Source of the DNA: Escherichia phage vB_EcoM_JNE01
Sequence record: OR670491
Length of the DNA stretch: 64,000 nt
Direction: 5' to 3' (one strand)
Below the pieces are notes generated by a model. That model ran no database searches and had not been told where the DNA came from. It worked only from the letters and a program-made list of their open reading frames with translations. The translations under genes and the position numbers were made by a program. Position 1 is the stretch's first letter; the number at the start of each line of letters is the position of its first letter. Of this stretch, positions 41,101 through 49,741 are shown in pieces.

Positions 41101-41536
41101 AAGCAGCAGTTGTGCCTACACCAGCAGTGATGTTACCATCAAATTGTGTAGTTCCGGTGACTTCTAATTGGTCAACTGTTGTGTTTTTAAGAACAGCAGA
41201 ACCAGCAGTTTGATTAATATCGTTGGCAAATGACGCAGTGCCGTTAAAAGATGCATTGGAGTTAACAGTTGCAGTATCAGAACCGACAACAGCATCACCA
41301 ATTACAGAATTACCTTTAATATCTACGCCACCATTAAGAGATGCTTTACCAGCTACGTCTAGGGTAGAAGTGATATTAGCAGTTGCTGCTTCAATTGCAG
41401 TAAATGTTGCATTTGCGAAAGAAACTGTACCATTTACGGTTACATTTTTCTCAAATACAGCATTACCTTTAACCAAAAGATCTTTATTTACCGTAGCACC
41501 ACCAGTAACATCTAGATCCGTCTTTATAGAGTACAT
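35174..41536 (-). CDS. giant repeat-rich tail fibre protein (2120 aa)
   Basis: T/S/G/N/V-rich; three tandem ~165-aa repeats near the N-terminus (LGGTFSLDDINAT ... GKGLNKLDYV); both termini near-identical to the next gene; AATGGAGGG SD. Confidence 0.7.
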   Translation of the reverse strand: MYSIKTDLDVTGGATVNKDLLVKGNAVFEKNVTVNGTVSFANATFTAIEAATANITSTLDVAGKASLNGGVDIKGNSVIGDAVVGSDTATVNSNASFNGTASFANDINQTAGSAVLKNTTVDQLEVTGTTQFDGNITAGVGTTAAFDKLTANEATITAISSETITGTGTANFKDVNISGTLGGTFSLDDINATTLNVSGASGLQGAVTFGANVTGINSTATFKDIKLGANSASSTYRLSFTYSASGQRPTVVLQNEIQSELMSPTNLNVLKTATFGDESLDTYGITGKGLNKLDYVSISGNTVQSPTTPLLEVTKGLTKVTDFEVTGSATIPNIESTGTANFNDININGVLGGTFSLDDINATSLNVSGASGLNGAVTLGANITGINTTATFKDIKLGANAASSTDRLSFTYSAAGLRPTVVLQNEIQTELMSPTNLNVLKSATFGDESLSTYSIASKGLNKLDYVTISGNLTQDPSTPLLEVTKGLTKVTDLEVTGTATLPNIESTGTANFNNINVSGTLGGTFDLDDIQATSLNVSGATGLNGAVTLGANITGNNTTATVKAITLGQNVANADVKLGFGYSAAGQRPTVLLQNEIQSESMAPVTLTVQKTATFGDESLATYGITGKGLNKLDYVEILGNSTQSPATPRLKVNGKTILNDVDFTGVVTGLTVDVSGQDLTPNSVIAAGEIKSSSLESTGGATINANLLVGGTANVTGALNSGAITSTGNVKGVGGEFSGNVSGVDGTFTGNVSGVNGTFSGDVSGAAGAFSGNVTVTGQTVTVKDLVVTGTTTGVVADANVDGLDIAPNKVDVTTTLSVAGASTLADVSAGAITATGNVSAAAISGSSLKVTGNIEGVAIAGSSMNLTGAATTGSLSTGTLTSPTINGNTTFTDNVTVTGTLTPGAIDLSTTDVSAQSISTTAGASIGGNLVVAGTVDLSAADVSVKSLTTPGIVTSTNATDANVLPVLNSTTATVGTANVTALNVSGASNVASLDATGAVSVGTTLDVTGNATVGSLTTPSIANAAGVEIKNDTTVTGNLVVTGSVTPGSIDLTTTDVSAKSITTTEGANIGGNLVVAGTVDLSAADVSVKSLSSAGIIQSTDLVNANVLPVLKSTTATINAVNATELSVEGPSILTSLRTSADAVIGTSLTVSGQATAVSLVTPTISNETGVEIASNTKVTGDLTVTGTVTPGAIDLATTDVSAKSITTTGGANIGGDLVVAGTFDLSASDVTANTLASVGNTTVGADLVLTTGNVTGSPAVSGNLSVAGTSTLTGAATVGNKLTVNTGGIQVVAGGVRVDTGSITAQGANISGTATLENASVTSNAAVGGTLGVTGAATLNGGLTSSALTVTGDSVVQKLTVKGEFIPEGGLDLSGADITANSLDVATTLKATGLSTLSGGVSTTDISGSGKITTVDAQTGTLTVTGNQTVGGTLGVTGKATTGSLDTGAVSATSGTFSSTLGVTGAATFADAVTVNGVFTPVGGLDLSTSDITANSLDVATTIKSTAGATIGGDSTIAGTLGVTGAVSAPSLTLSNASGTGLDVKGNAIVAGTLSTTGAVTLGNTLGVTGKATTGSLDTGAVSATSIVGTAGLTMAGNSSFTNDLTVSGTFTPAGGLDLTTSDIVAKSLSTSAAIHSDTNGTFGGTLGVTSNATVGGTLGVTGAVSAPSLALSSASGDALTVAADAKVTGKVTSGSLETGTVKTGANLVVGVKVGEQPETVQIFPDTFIAGKLRVEGGINADIDVSGQTLEPYAIEASATLSAVGNISTDAAVIANSGTFGAVGSQNNNLTVNGNVVTTGNFTVGGVLYANVDQSNADVNVKSLTSTNLVKGGSMQSTGNLTVGGAATITGTLGSGAITSTGKVKGVDGEFSGNVSGVGGTFTGAVTVGTTLGVTGAATVGGTLGVTGKATLAEASVTNLTTSGTATIGSTLAVTGTSTLAAVNISGALTTTGSVTLGDAAADVITVNGTSTFIEKATFEKGIEVAGVFTTDEANFVTTSVTTKKYDVIPSQVTSSTVAPAGTWTPDGSTSVYFITLDQNTTLAPIAGLIGGGKAASIFMYAKQDATGNRVLTADPSYSIVDGEQNLAANSVTIYQAVYDGVSNVIDLFIAQRTS
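39540..41040 (-). repeat. three tandem ~500-bp intragenic repeats in giant fibre gene 1
   Basis: Repeated DNA such as CATAATCTAATTTGTTTAGACCTTTACCTG near 39641, 40141 and 40661; boundaries approximate. Confidence 0.55.
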
Positions 41537-41570
41537 ATAGTTCCCTCCATTTTGGGTTATTAAAATACCA

Positions 41571-41594
41571 TGTTTATGTTTATATATTTAGTTG
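41571..41594 (-). promoter_or_regulatory. candidate late-promoter motif (minus sense AACTAAATATATAAACAT)
   Basis: Nearly the same motif upstream of both giant fibre genes. Confidence 0.35.
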
Positions 41595-41629
41595 AATTAA
41601 TTGTTTTGGAACTCTCAAAGATAATTATT

Positions 41630-41674
41630 TAGGGAAAAGAAAAAGCCAACACGAGGTTGGCTTTCTTTTATTTG
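41630..41674 (-). terminator. terminator hairpin (AGCCAAC/GTTGGCT) between the giant fibre genes
   Basis: Stem-loop with U-rich flanks on both strands. Confidence 0.55.
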
Positions 41675-44600
41675 TTATACACGTTGAGCAATGAAGGTAT
41701 CAAATACAGTACTGAAACCATCATAAACAACTTGAATGATACTAACTTGGTTCACAACTGAACTTACCTGACCAGATACAACTGCGTATTCAGCAGGGAT
41801 AGTTAGAACAGCATCACTAACAGTTGGTGTTACGTAAATGTATACAGAACACGCTTCACCGCTACCGATTAGACCAGTAATTGGTGCTAGGGTAGTGTTT
41901 TGGTCAAGAGTTAGACGATATACGTTACTAGAACCATCTGGAGTCCATGTACCGGATACAGAAGCGGTAGAAGCTACTACTGAAGTTGGTAGAACAGAGT
42001 ATTTCTTAGTGATTACAGTACTGGTTGTGAAATCAGCATCAGTAGTGTTCAATGCACCAGTCACCGTTAGGGCTTTATCAATCACAACGTTCTCTTTGAA
42101 GGTTGCAGTGCCATTAACAGTGATAGTATCAGCGGCAGCATCACCTAGAACAACATTACCATTAGCGGTTAATGTACCAGTAAAGGTTGCAGAACCAGTT
42201 ACGGCTACACTTGCTAGTGTTGCTAAACCTGTTGTAGTTATGGATGCAGTTGAAATTTCACTTTGAACGCTTAAGTTTTCAGAGAATGTTGCTGCACCTG
42301 TAACGGCTACACCACCATTCAGACTCGCTAGTCCAGTTACTGCAAGGGTAGAGCCGGTTTCTAAACTTCCACCAGTAATTTTACCAGTTGCAGTAATTGT
42401 TGTACCAGCAGAAATTGAAGTCCCCGCATTCACATTGTTGGTTGCAGTTAAAGATTTAACAGCTACATCAGAATCCGCTTGGTTCAATTGTGCGTTTAGT
42501 ACTCCTGTTACTGTGAAGTCACCGTTGGTTACAACGTTACCATTTACGGTTAGGTTGTTGTTTAGTGAACCAGAATCACCAATTGTTGCTGCTTTAGCAA
42601 TCATGGTTGCACCAGAAGTGATGTTACCAACTGCACTAACAGTTGAATCAGCCGCAATTGCGAATGGTTCTAATGTTTGACCGCTTACATCGATATCGGC
42701 GTTAATACCACCATCAACACGTAGTTTACCAGCAATATATGTATCAGGAACAATATGAACTGTTTCTGGTTGAACTGCTAGAGGTGTGCCAACTGTAAAT
42801 GATGTACCAGTTTTCACTGCACCACTTGCGGTTAGATCTGCAACGGTTGTTGCTCCAGTCACACCTAGTGTACCACCAACTGTAGTATTACCAGTAGAAG
42901 ATAAAACTCCTGCCCCGACAGTTCCAGATGCAGTTAATGATGTTGCATTGATGTCTGCTGTTGATATTCCACCACTCAATGTACTCAAACCAGTAACACT
43001 TAAAGTAGTTGATGAAGACAAGCTATTTGCAGAAACATCAGCACCAGTTAGATCCAAACCACCTTGTGGAATCAATGTACCTTCAACTGTTACGTTACCT
43101 TTTGCCACGGTTGCACCAGTTACTTCCAAAGACGCAGCAGTTGCTTTACCAGAGGTAGATAGAGTTGAAACACTTGTTGCACCAGCTTGTACTACACCAA
43201 GAGTTGAGGTTCCAGTAACACCAAGAGTGGTTGTTACGGATGCACTTGATAGGGTACTTGCCCCAGCAGTTAGCCCAGCAAGAGATGTTGTACCAGTTAC
43301 GCCTAGTGTACCACCAACGGTAGTATTACCAGAGATTACAGGAGCACCAGTAATTACCCCAGTTGTTAGTACTAAATCAGCACCAACAGTTGTGTTTCCA
43401 GTACTTGCTAGTGTTGCAGCTTGTAGGTTTGTACCACTTAGGTCAAATGTACCATCAACTGTTAAATTACCTGCAACGTGTGCATTACCAAGAGAGTTAA
43501 GTGACTTAACAGAAACATCAGTAGTGCTTAGATCAATTGCACCAGCAGTTAAAGTACCAGATGCATGGAAATCACCAGTAACATTTGTGGATTTTGAAAT
43601 TTCAACTGTTGCACCAGGAGCCGTGAAGGATGCACCACTAATTGCACCAGTTGCCGCTACAGAACTAGCATCAATTGCAGTTGCAGATACAGCAGCAAGG
43701 GTAGAAGCACCAACAACATCAAGTGAGCCAGAAGCAGAAATATTACTTGTATTAATATTAGCTACAGTACTTTCCCCAGATACATTCAATGTTGTTGCTT
43801 TTGCTGCACCTAATGTACTATCGGTTGAAGATAGTTTAGGGAATGTATTGGTTTTTAATGCATCAGTACTAACAAAACTTAATGCAGATACATCTGCACC
43901 ACTTAAATCAACAGTACCTGCAACAGATAGGTTTCCACCGATAGTAGCACCTTCAGTTGTGGTTATTGAGTTAGAAGTTATGTCAACTGAGCTTAGGTCA
44001 AGACCACCTTGCGGGGTAAAGACACCTGTTACGGTTAGGTCTTTAGCTGCTACTACATTACTAGCAAGATTCAATGTTCCCGCACCAGACGCTCCAGCTT
44101 GAACCGTAGGAGTTGTTACAGAAGTTGAAATTGTAGCAGTTGTAGAAGATAAACGTGAACCAGAAACAACACCAGTACTGGTCAATGTTCCAACTTTTGC
44201 AGCACCAGTAGTTGTGATAGTACCACCAGATACATCACCGGAAGCTACTACAGAAGATGCGTTAACAACACCAAAGGTACTTGGGTTAGTTGCAGTAATA
44301 GATTTTGCAGTTACATCAGCAGAACTAAGATCGATAGCACCAGATACAGCAAGAGAACCACCTACGGTTACGTTTCCAGTAGTAGTTAAAGATGCAGCAC
44401 TTACATCAGTAGTACTTAAATCAATCCCACTTGGAGTTAGTGTTCCAGTGATCGTAACATCATTAGCAAATGTAGTATTCCCACTGATAGTTGGAGCAGT
44501 TAGTGAACCAACAGTCGCAGCACCAGTTACTTCTAAAGAACCAGCAGTTGCTTTACCGGACACACCTAGTGAATTACCTAAAGTAACAGCACCAGTTACA

Positions 44601-46561
44601 CCTAATGTACCACCAACTGTAGCATTACTCACTACATGAAGACCAGTACCAGATGCACCATTTAGTGTTAGATACCCTGCCGATGCTGCACCAGATATAG
44701 TTGCTGAACTTGCATTAACAGCAGCCAATGTGGTTTCACCAGCAACACTTAGTGTTGTTGTTACATCAACTTTATTAGGAGCAATATCAAGGCCATCTAC
44801 GTCGGCTACGGCGGTTACACCAGTTGTGGTTCCAGTTACTACTAGATCCTTAACAGTTACTGTTTGGCCTTGTACGGTTACATTACCATCTAAAATACTA
44901 TCTCCAGTTACACCTAATGTTCCACCAAGAGACGTTCCACCTGTGACTTCTAGATAGCCAGCAGTGGTTTTGCCAGTAGAAGTTAATGTTGTTCCCTGAA
45001 TACCAGACGTTGCAGTTACGGAGTTAGGAGTTAGATCCTGCCCACTAACATCAACAGTTAGGCCAGTAACAGTTCCTGTGAATTCTACATCACCTAGAAC
45101 CGATTTACCAGCAACAGAAAGTTGTGGAGTTCCTGGAGCTTGAGTAGCGTTACCAGCGATTTCTAGATAATCTAGTTTGTTTAGACCTTTACCTGTGATA
45201 CCATATGTTGCTAGTGAAGCATCACCAAAGGTTGCAGTTTTCTGAACAGTTAATGTAGCAGGAGACATTAATTCAGATTGAATTTCGTTCTGTAGAAGAA
45301 CAGTTGGGCGTTGACCAACGGCAGTATAAGCAAAACCAACTTTGGTATCAGCACTTGCAGATGCTGGACCTAGGTTTAGTGCTTTAATATTTGCAGTAGT
45401 GTTAGTACCACTGATATTACCACCTAGAGTTACAGAACCTTCAAGACTAGTTAGGCCAGATACTTTTAGTGTTTGTGCTTCGATATCACCTAAACTGAAT
45501 GTACCACCAAGAACACCACTTACGTTAATGTTATTGAAGTTTGCAGTGCCAGTACTTTCAATATTAGGAATAGTAGCAGAACCAGTTACTTCGAAATCAG
45601 TTACTTTAGTTAAACCTTTAGTAACTTCAAGTAAAGGGGTAGCTGGTGATTGAACTGCGTTACCACTAATAGTTACATAATCTAATTTGTTTAGACCATT
45701 ACCAGTGATACCAAAAGTACTTAAAGATGCATCACCAAAAGTAGCAGACTTAAGAACAGTTAGGGATGCTGGAGACATTAGCTCGGACTGAATTTCGTTT
45801 TGTAGAATTACAGTTGGGCGTTGGCCTGGTGCGGTATAAGTGAAGCTTAAACGGTAAGCACTGCTTGCGGAGTTAGCACCGATTTTGACATCTTTAAATG
45901 TTGCAGTTGTGTTGATACCAGTGATGTTCGCACCTAGAGTAACAGCACCCTGTAGGCTACTTTGACCAGACACAGTTAGGGTAGTTGCGTTTACATCAGA
46001 AAGACTGAATGCACCACCTAGTGTACCACTTATGGTAACATCGTTAAAGCTGGCTGTACCAGTACTATTAATGTCGGTTGCATTTAAAGTTGCAATAGTT
46101 GCTTCGTTTGCAGATAGTTTATCAAATGCAGCAGTAGTTCCTGCGTCAGCATTAATATTACCTTTAAAAGTTGAAATTCCATCAACTGATAGTGAGTCAA
46201 CAGATGTTGCTTTCAAATCAACATTACCAGCAGTTTGACGAATATTACCACCAAATGAAACACCAGAGTTAAAAGTTGCTGCGGAGTTAATTGTAGCAGT
46301 ATCAGTACCTGGTGCTACTGCACCAATCACAGTGCTACCTACCACTTCAACACCACCATTAAGAGATGCTTTACCAGCTACATCTAGGGTAGAAGTGATA
46401 TTAGCAGTTGCTGCTTCAATTGCAGTGAATGTAGCATTTGCAAAAGAAACTGTACCATTTACGGTAAGATTCTTATTGAATACTGCATCACCTTTAACTA
46501 ATAGATCTTTACCGACTACAGCACCACCAGTAATATCTAGATCAGTTTTAATCGAGTACAT
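41675..46561 (-). CDS. giant repeat-rich tail fibre protein, paralog (1628 aa)
   Basis: Same N-terminus (MYSIKTDLD) and C-terminal ~100 aa as gene 1; two copies of the ~165-aa repeat; AATGGAGGG SD. Confidence 0.7.
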   Translation of the reverse strand: MYSIKTDLDITGGAVVGKDLLVKGDAVFNKNLTVNGTVSFANATFTAIEAATANITSTLDVAGKASLNGGVEVVGSTVIGAVAPGTDTATINSAATFNSGVSFGGNIRQTAGNVDLKATSVDSLSVDGISTFKGNINADAGTTAAFDKLSANEATIATLNATDINSTGTASFNDVTISGTLGGAFSLSDVNATTLTVSGQSSLQGAVTLGANITGINTTATFKDVKIGANSASSAYRLSFTYTAPGQRPTVILQNEIQSELMSPASLTVLKSATFGDASLSTFGITGNGLNKLDYVTISGNAVQSPATPLLEVTKGLTKVTDFEVTGSATIPNIESTGTANFNNINVSGVLGGTFSLGDIEAQTLKVSGLTSLEGSVTLGGNISGTNTTANIKALNLGPASASADTKVGFAYTAVGQRPTVLLQNEIQSELMSPATLTVQKTATFGDASLATYGITGKGLNKLDYLEIAGNATQAPGTPQLSVAGKSVLGDVEFTGTVTGLTVDVSGQDLTPNSVTATSGIQGTTLTSTGKTTAGYLEVTGGTSLGGTLGVTGDSILDGNVTVQGQTVTVKDLVVTGTTTGVTAVADVDGLDIAPNKVDVTTTLSVAGETTLAAVNASSATISGAASAGYLTLNGASGTGLHVVSNATVGGTLGVTGAVTLGNSLGVSGKATAGSLEVTGAATVGSLTAPTISGNTTFANDVTITGTLTPSGIDLSTTDVSAASLTTTGNVTVGGSLAVSGAIDLSSADVTAKSITATNPSTFGVVNASSVVASGDVSGGTITTTGAAKVGTLTSTGVVSGSRLSSTTATISTSVTTPTVQAGASGAGTLNLASNVVAAKDLTVTGVFTPQGGLDLSSVDITSNSITTTEGATIGGNLSVAGTVDLSGADVSALSFVSTDALKTNTFPKLSSTDSTLGAAKATTLNVSGESTVANINTSNISASGSLDVVGASTLAAVSATAIDASSVAATGAISGASFTAPGATVEISKSTNVTGDFHASGTLTAGAIDLSTTDVSVKSLNSLGNAHVAGNLTVDGTFDLSGTNLQAATLASTGNTTVGADLVLTTGVITGAPVISGNTTVGGTLGVTGTTSLAGLTAGASTLSSASVTTTLGVTGTSTLGVVQAGATSVSTLSTSGKATAASLEVTGATVAKGNVTVEGTLIPQGGLDLTGADVSANSLSSSTTLSVTGLSTLSGGISTADINATSLTASGTVGAGVLSSTGNTTVGGTLGVTGATTVADLTASGAVKTGTSFTVGTPLAVQPETVHIVPDTYIAGKLRVDGGINADIDVSGQTLEPFAIAADSTVSAVGNITSGATMIAKAATIGDSGSLNNNLTVNGNVVTNGDFTVTGVLNAQLNQADSDVAVKSLTATNNVNAGTSISAGTTITATGKITGGSLETGSTLAVTGLASLNGGVAVTGAATFSENLSVQSEISTASITTTGLATLASVAVTGSATFTGTLTANGNVVLGDAAADTITVNGTATFKENVVIDKALTVTGALNTTDADFTTSTVITKKYSVLPTSVVASTASVSGTWTPDGSSNVYRLTLDQNTTLAPITGLIGSGEACSVYIYVTPTVSDAVLTIPAEYAVVSGQVSSVVNQVSIIQVVYDGFSTVFDTFIAQRV
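45080..46080 (-). repeat. two tandem ~500-bp intragenic repeats in giant fibre gene 2
   Basis: Repeat core near 45160 and 45675; some ~130-nt stretches near-identical to gene 1. Confidence 0.5.
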
Positions 46562-46603
46562 TTAGTTCCCTCCATTTGAATGATTATAAACATAACCATT
46601 CTC

Positions 46604-46630
46604 GTTAATATGTATATATTTAGTTTATGA
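46604..46630 (-). promoter_or_regulatory. candidate late-promoter motif (minus sense AACTAAATATATACATAT)
   Basis: Shared motif. Confidence 0.35.
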
Positions 46631-46633
46631 TAT

Positions 46634-46666
46634 AAAAAAACCAGACCTGATACTAAAGGTCTGGTT
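46634..46666 (-). terminator. terminator hairpin (ACCAGACCT/AGGTCTGGT)
   Basis: 9-bp stem downstream of the 46674 gene stop with A/T runs. Confidence 0.6.
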
Positions 46667-46673
46667 ATATTTT

Positions 46674-47570
46674 TTATTTACCGGATATTACAACCTTGCC
46701 ACTAAATGCAACATAGGATGTGAATATAACATTACCACTAGCATCAATTTGAGTTTCAGCAGTAACAGCTTCAAAAGGTGCAAGAGCAGTACTGCCTTGT
46801 ACTTTATTACCGTATAGAGAAACGTATAGATTGTCAGGGGTTTGTTTATGATCTGCTGCTGGAATAGTTAGAGTGAATTGATCACCGGAAGCTACCCAAT
46901 CAGCCTGATTAATAAGTTTACTGTATGGTACTGTCATAGTTGTTGCTCCTATAATATTAATTTTAACACTTGCGTATTCTGAAAGCTGACCAACTACTTC
47001 TAGAGTTATATCACCAATACCAGAAACTGTAACGTTAGTTTGGAATACAGAATCCAAATCGACATCACCTGGGTCACCTTGCAATTGAACCATAATATCA
47101 GCACCGCGACCATGAATAGATTCAGGAAGAGTGTATGTATATTTGTCAGATGAACCTGGCTCTAATACAAATGCTGAAACTGGAACAGTATGTGTGGTTA
47201 CATAAGAACTATCACTACCAGGAGTAGATGATTTAAGTGGTTTCCATACACCAAGGTCTTTAATATAAATCTGAAGTGTATTTTCAGCATCAACTAGGAA
47301 ATACACATCACCATCGGTTCCCAATGCATCAGCAGGAGCTACAGTACCGCGAAGAATACCACCAGCACCACCGCCACCATGTGCGTTTAAATATCCCAAG
47401 GTTACCAGATGGGTATTAGCTGTTGGGTCAGCCGCAGAAATTGGAAGAAGACCAGTTCCTGTATAGTTTTGAATTTGCACAACACTACCATTCGTAGTGA
47501 TTTGTGCACCATTTTTACCAAGTATGAAGGTCTTCTTCATGGTTCCTTCTAAATTAGAAAAAACTGCCAT
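46674..47570 (-). CDS. tail spike/fibre protein with conserved N-terminal anchor module and Gly-rich hinge
   Basis: N-terminus MAVFSNLEGTMKKTFILGK paralogous to the 49727 module; start set to the second ATG (AAGGAG 9 nt upstream). Confidence 0.5.
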   Translation of the reverse strand: MAVFSNLEGTMKKTFILGKNGAQITTNGSVVQIQNYTGTGLLPISAADPTANTHLVTLGYLNAHGGGGAGGILRGTVAPADALGTDGDVYFLVDAENTLQIYIKDLGVWKPLKSSTPGSDSSYVTTHTVPVSAFVLEPGSSDKYTYTLPESIHGRGADIMVQLQGDPGDVDLDSVFQTNVTVSGIGDITLEVVGQLSEYASVKINIIGATTMTVPYSKLINQADWVASGDQFTLTIPAADHKQTPDNLYVSLYGNKVQGSTALAPFEAVTAETQIDASGNVIFTSYVAFSGKVVISGK

Positions 47571-47584
47571 TTTAATCATCTCCT

Positions 47585-49378
47585 TTATGATAGAGTTATA
47601 TATGTTATTGGCTGTGCCGCTTTTAATAATGCACCTGCTGCTGTAGCAGTTACAATTGGGTCGGCAATGTCAACGCGGTATGCGTTTGATACTACGTAAA
47701 CTGCTCTGGTGATGTATGTTAATAAATCTTCACCATTTGCCCCAGCACCTGTAATGAGTATTTGTGTTCCAGCAGCTTTCGCATATTGGTTATCACCCCA
47801 TGATACGCCTAACGCCTCTATATATGTTTGTCCTACAACCGTTTGTCGTATGGTGTCGTATTTTCCGAAGAAAGAACCACCAACTGTTACAATATATTTA
47901 CTCCCTGACTGGTTGTGAATAATTGTACCTTGTGGGAAATAACGACCACCAGGGAACGTGTCATATGGAACATAATATTGTTCAACTACAGGTATCAGTA
48001 CTGGACCACGGTGACCAGTTCCGTCAATATCAGTTGGTACTTTAAAGTTGTTAGATGATTGGTCAATTCTATCCACATACATTTTAGCAAAACTATATTT
48101 GGATATGTTACAATCATCTTGGACTACACAGTTTGTCCAGTTTGTATATGTATATTTAGAACGGGTATACAAACCACCACCTTCACCTTCTGTTGACAAG
48201 TGTTGACCAATAACATCTAACTCTTTAGTGCGAATATCACTAAACTTAGAAGCTGATGGAAGACCACGCCATTGAATCTTAGTACAAGTTACATTGGATA
48301 ATTCAGTATTGTTTGTCCAGTTATCAGAACAAGATGTATAAACTAAAATAGTTGATTCTGGAATATACAAATTAGATAATTTAAAGTTACGTGGAGGTCC
48401 AGCAAATTTACCAGAAGTTACACCCCAGTTTATAGAAACCATACGTGTAGTTACTGATGCGTCATTTAATAGATGTCCAGTAAGACCATCGACAATAAAG
48501 TCTTTTGAACCATAAGTGATAACACCACAGGTAGTAAGGCCAGTACCAGTCGATACCAATGAGGATGGATATACCTCGTTATCTAAAATTTTAAAATCTT
48601 TACCAACTTCAACGTGAATACACTGACGAACGTTATAAACTCTATTGTTTTTAATAACAAAGTTTTTAACATATTGTGAATCAGGAGCATCAACGTCATA
48701 TGGACCAGAACCCGCTACCCCAATTCCTATACCCCAGTTTGATAATGGGATTGGTGCATTAGTACCGTCAACGTTTTCAATAATATTTCCTTCAATTACA
48801 AAACCATCAGGATAATGAGAGTTGATAACGTTTAGTTCGATTGCATCCCCATAGATATCGTGAATATGGTTATAAGAATAACGCCCTACTGTCATTTTTT
48901 CACCCGTGCCTTGTTGAAGAACTCCATACTTACAAAGAGTCATTTCATTAAAGCAGAAATCAATAGTGCCAGTTTGAGTCATACCTTGCATTAAAAACGC
49001 AGCAGTACTGGTAATGTTTATAAATTTATTAAAATAAAATTTACCATCACCACCAAAGAATTTAAGATAACAACCAGTTAATGTAGCAAATTGTATATGG
49101 CAGTTGATTACAGAAATCATAGTACCGCCGTTACCTGTTATTGTTCCACCAAACCAAGTTATATCTTCCAAGTATAAGGCTGTTTTAATTCTATAATTAC
49201 CTTTACCTTGAACTTGAATTTTATTCTCTTTTGCATATACTGCACAGGCATTTACTGCCGCAGTGTCATCTGTTTCACCATCACCTGCTGCCCCAAACTC
49301 TTCAGGAGTTACATAGAACTGTGCTTGTTGAAGTGTTCCTCCTGTTATCAATCCAATATAATCTCCGTCCGTTAACAC
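47585..49378 (-). CDS. tail spike catalytic part: right-handed beta-helix polysaccharide depolymerase (pectate-lyase-like)
   Basis: FGAAGDGETDDTAAVNAC N-terminal signature; GTG start without SD; probably the C-terminal part of one gene with 49302..49727. Confidence 0.6.
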   Translation of the reverse strand: MLTDGDYIGLITGGTLQQAQFYVTPEEFGAAGDGETDDTAAVNACAVYAKENKIQVQGKGNYRIKTALYLEDITWFGGTITGNGGTMISVINCHIQFATLTGCYLKFFGGDGKFYFNKFINITSTAAFLMQGMTQTGTIDFCFNEMTLCKYGVLQQGTGEKMTVGRYSYNHIHDIYGDAIELNVINSHYPDGFVIEGNIIENVDGTNAPIPLSNWGIGIGVAGSGPYDVDAPDSQYVKNFVIKNNRVYNVRQCIHVEVGKDFKILDNEVYPSSLVSTGTGLTTCGVITYGSKDFIVDGLTGHLLNDASVTTRMVSINWGVTSGKFAGPPRNFKLSNLYIPESTILVYTSCSDNWTNNTELSNVTCTKIQWRGLPSASKFSDIRTKELDVIGQHLSTEGEGGGLYTRSKYTYTNWTNCVVQDDCNISKYSFAKMYVDRIDQSSNNFKVPTDIDGTGHRGPVLIPVVEQYYVPYDTFPGGRYFPQGTIIHNQSGSKYIVTVGGSFFGKYDTIRQTVVGQTYIEALGVSWGDNQYAKAAGTQILITGAGANGEDLLTYITRAVYVVSNAYRVDIADPIVTATAAGALLKAAQPITYITLS

Positions 49379-49727
49379 TTGACAAAATATCTTTATTAAC
49401 GTATAGTGATTTTACCCATTTACCATCAATTTTTAGAAATATATCAACAATCCCTTCACTGTTAGTTTGGAAATATGTATAATTATTTTTACCGATATCA
49501 TCTGAAGGGATGGCTTCACCAAACATTACGGTTGGGTGATCTTCTAGATACTTAACATTGACAGCAGAATCGGCATCAACCGCAGACCCTACTTTAACTG
49601 GTAGAAATTTTTCACCAAATGAATCCTTTATTGAAATGGAATCATCTGAAAAACTAATCAAGGCTCCTTTTTTACCAAGGATGAATGAGGGCTGCATGGT
49701 TCCTTCTAAATTAGAAAAAACTGACAT
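49302..49727 (-). CDS. tail spike N-terminal anchor module (frame-separated from the depolymerase)
   Basis: MSVFSNLEGTMQPSFILGK; GGGGG SD; overlaps the depolymerase ORF by 77 nt in another frame. Confidence 0.5.
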   Translation of the reverse strand: MSVFSNLEGTMQPSFILGKKGALISFSDDSISIKDSFGEKFLPVKVGSAVDADSAVNVKYLEDHPTVMFGEAIPSDDIGKNNYTYFQTNSEGIVDIFLKIDGKWVKSLYVNKDILSSVNGRRLYWIDNRRNTSTSTVLCNS

Positions 49728-49741
49728 AATCAATACCCCCG

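Noticed and set aside
35343-46565. Many long plus-strand ORFs inside the two giant fibre genes (for example 35343..36281, 36450..37241, 42786..44102).
   Set aside because: They are antisense to the repeat-rich fibre genes, have low-complexity Pro/Val/Thr/Ala composition, no SD and mirror the sense-strand repeats.
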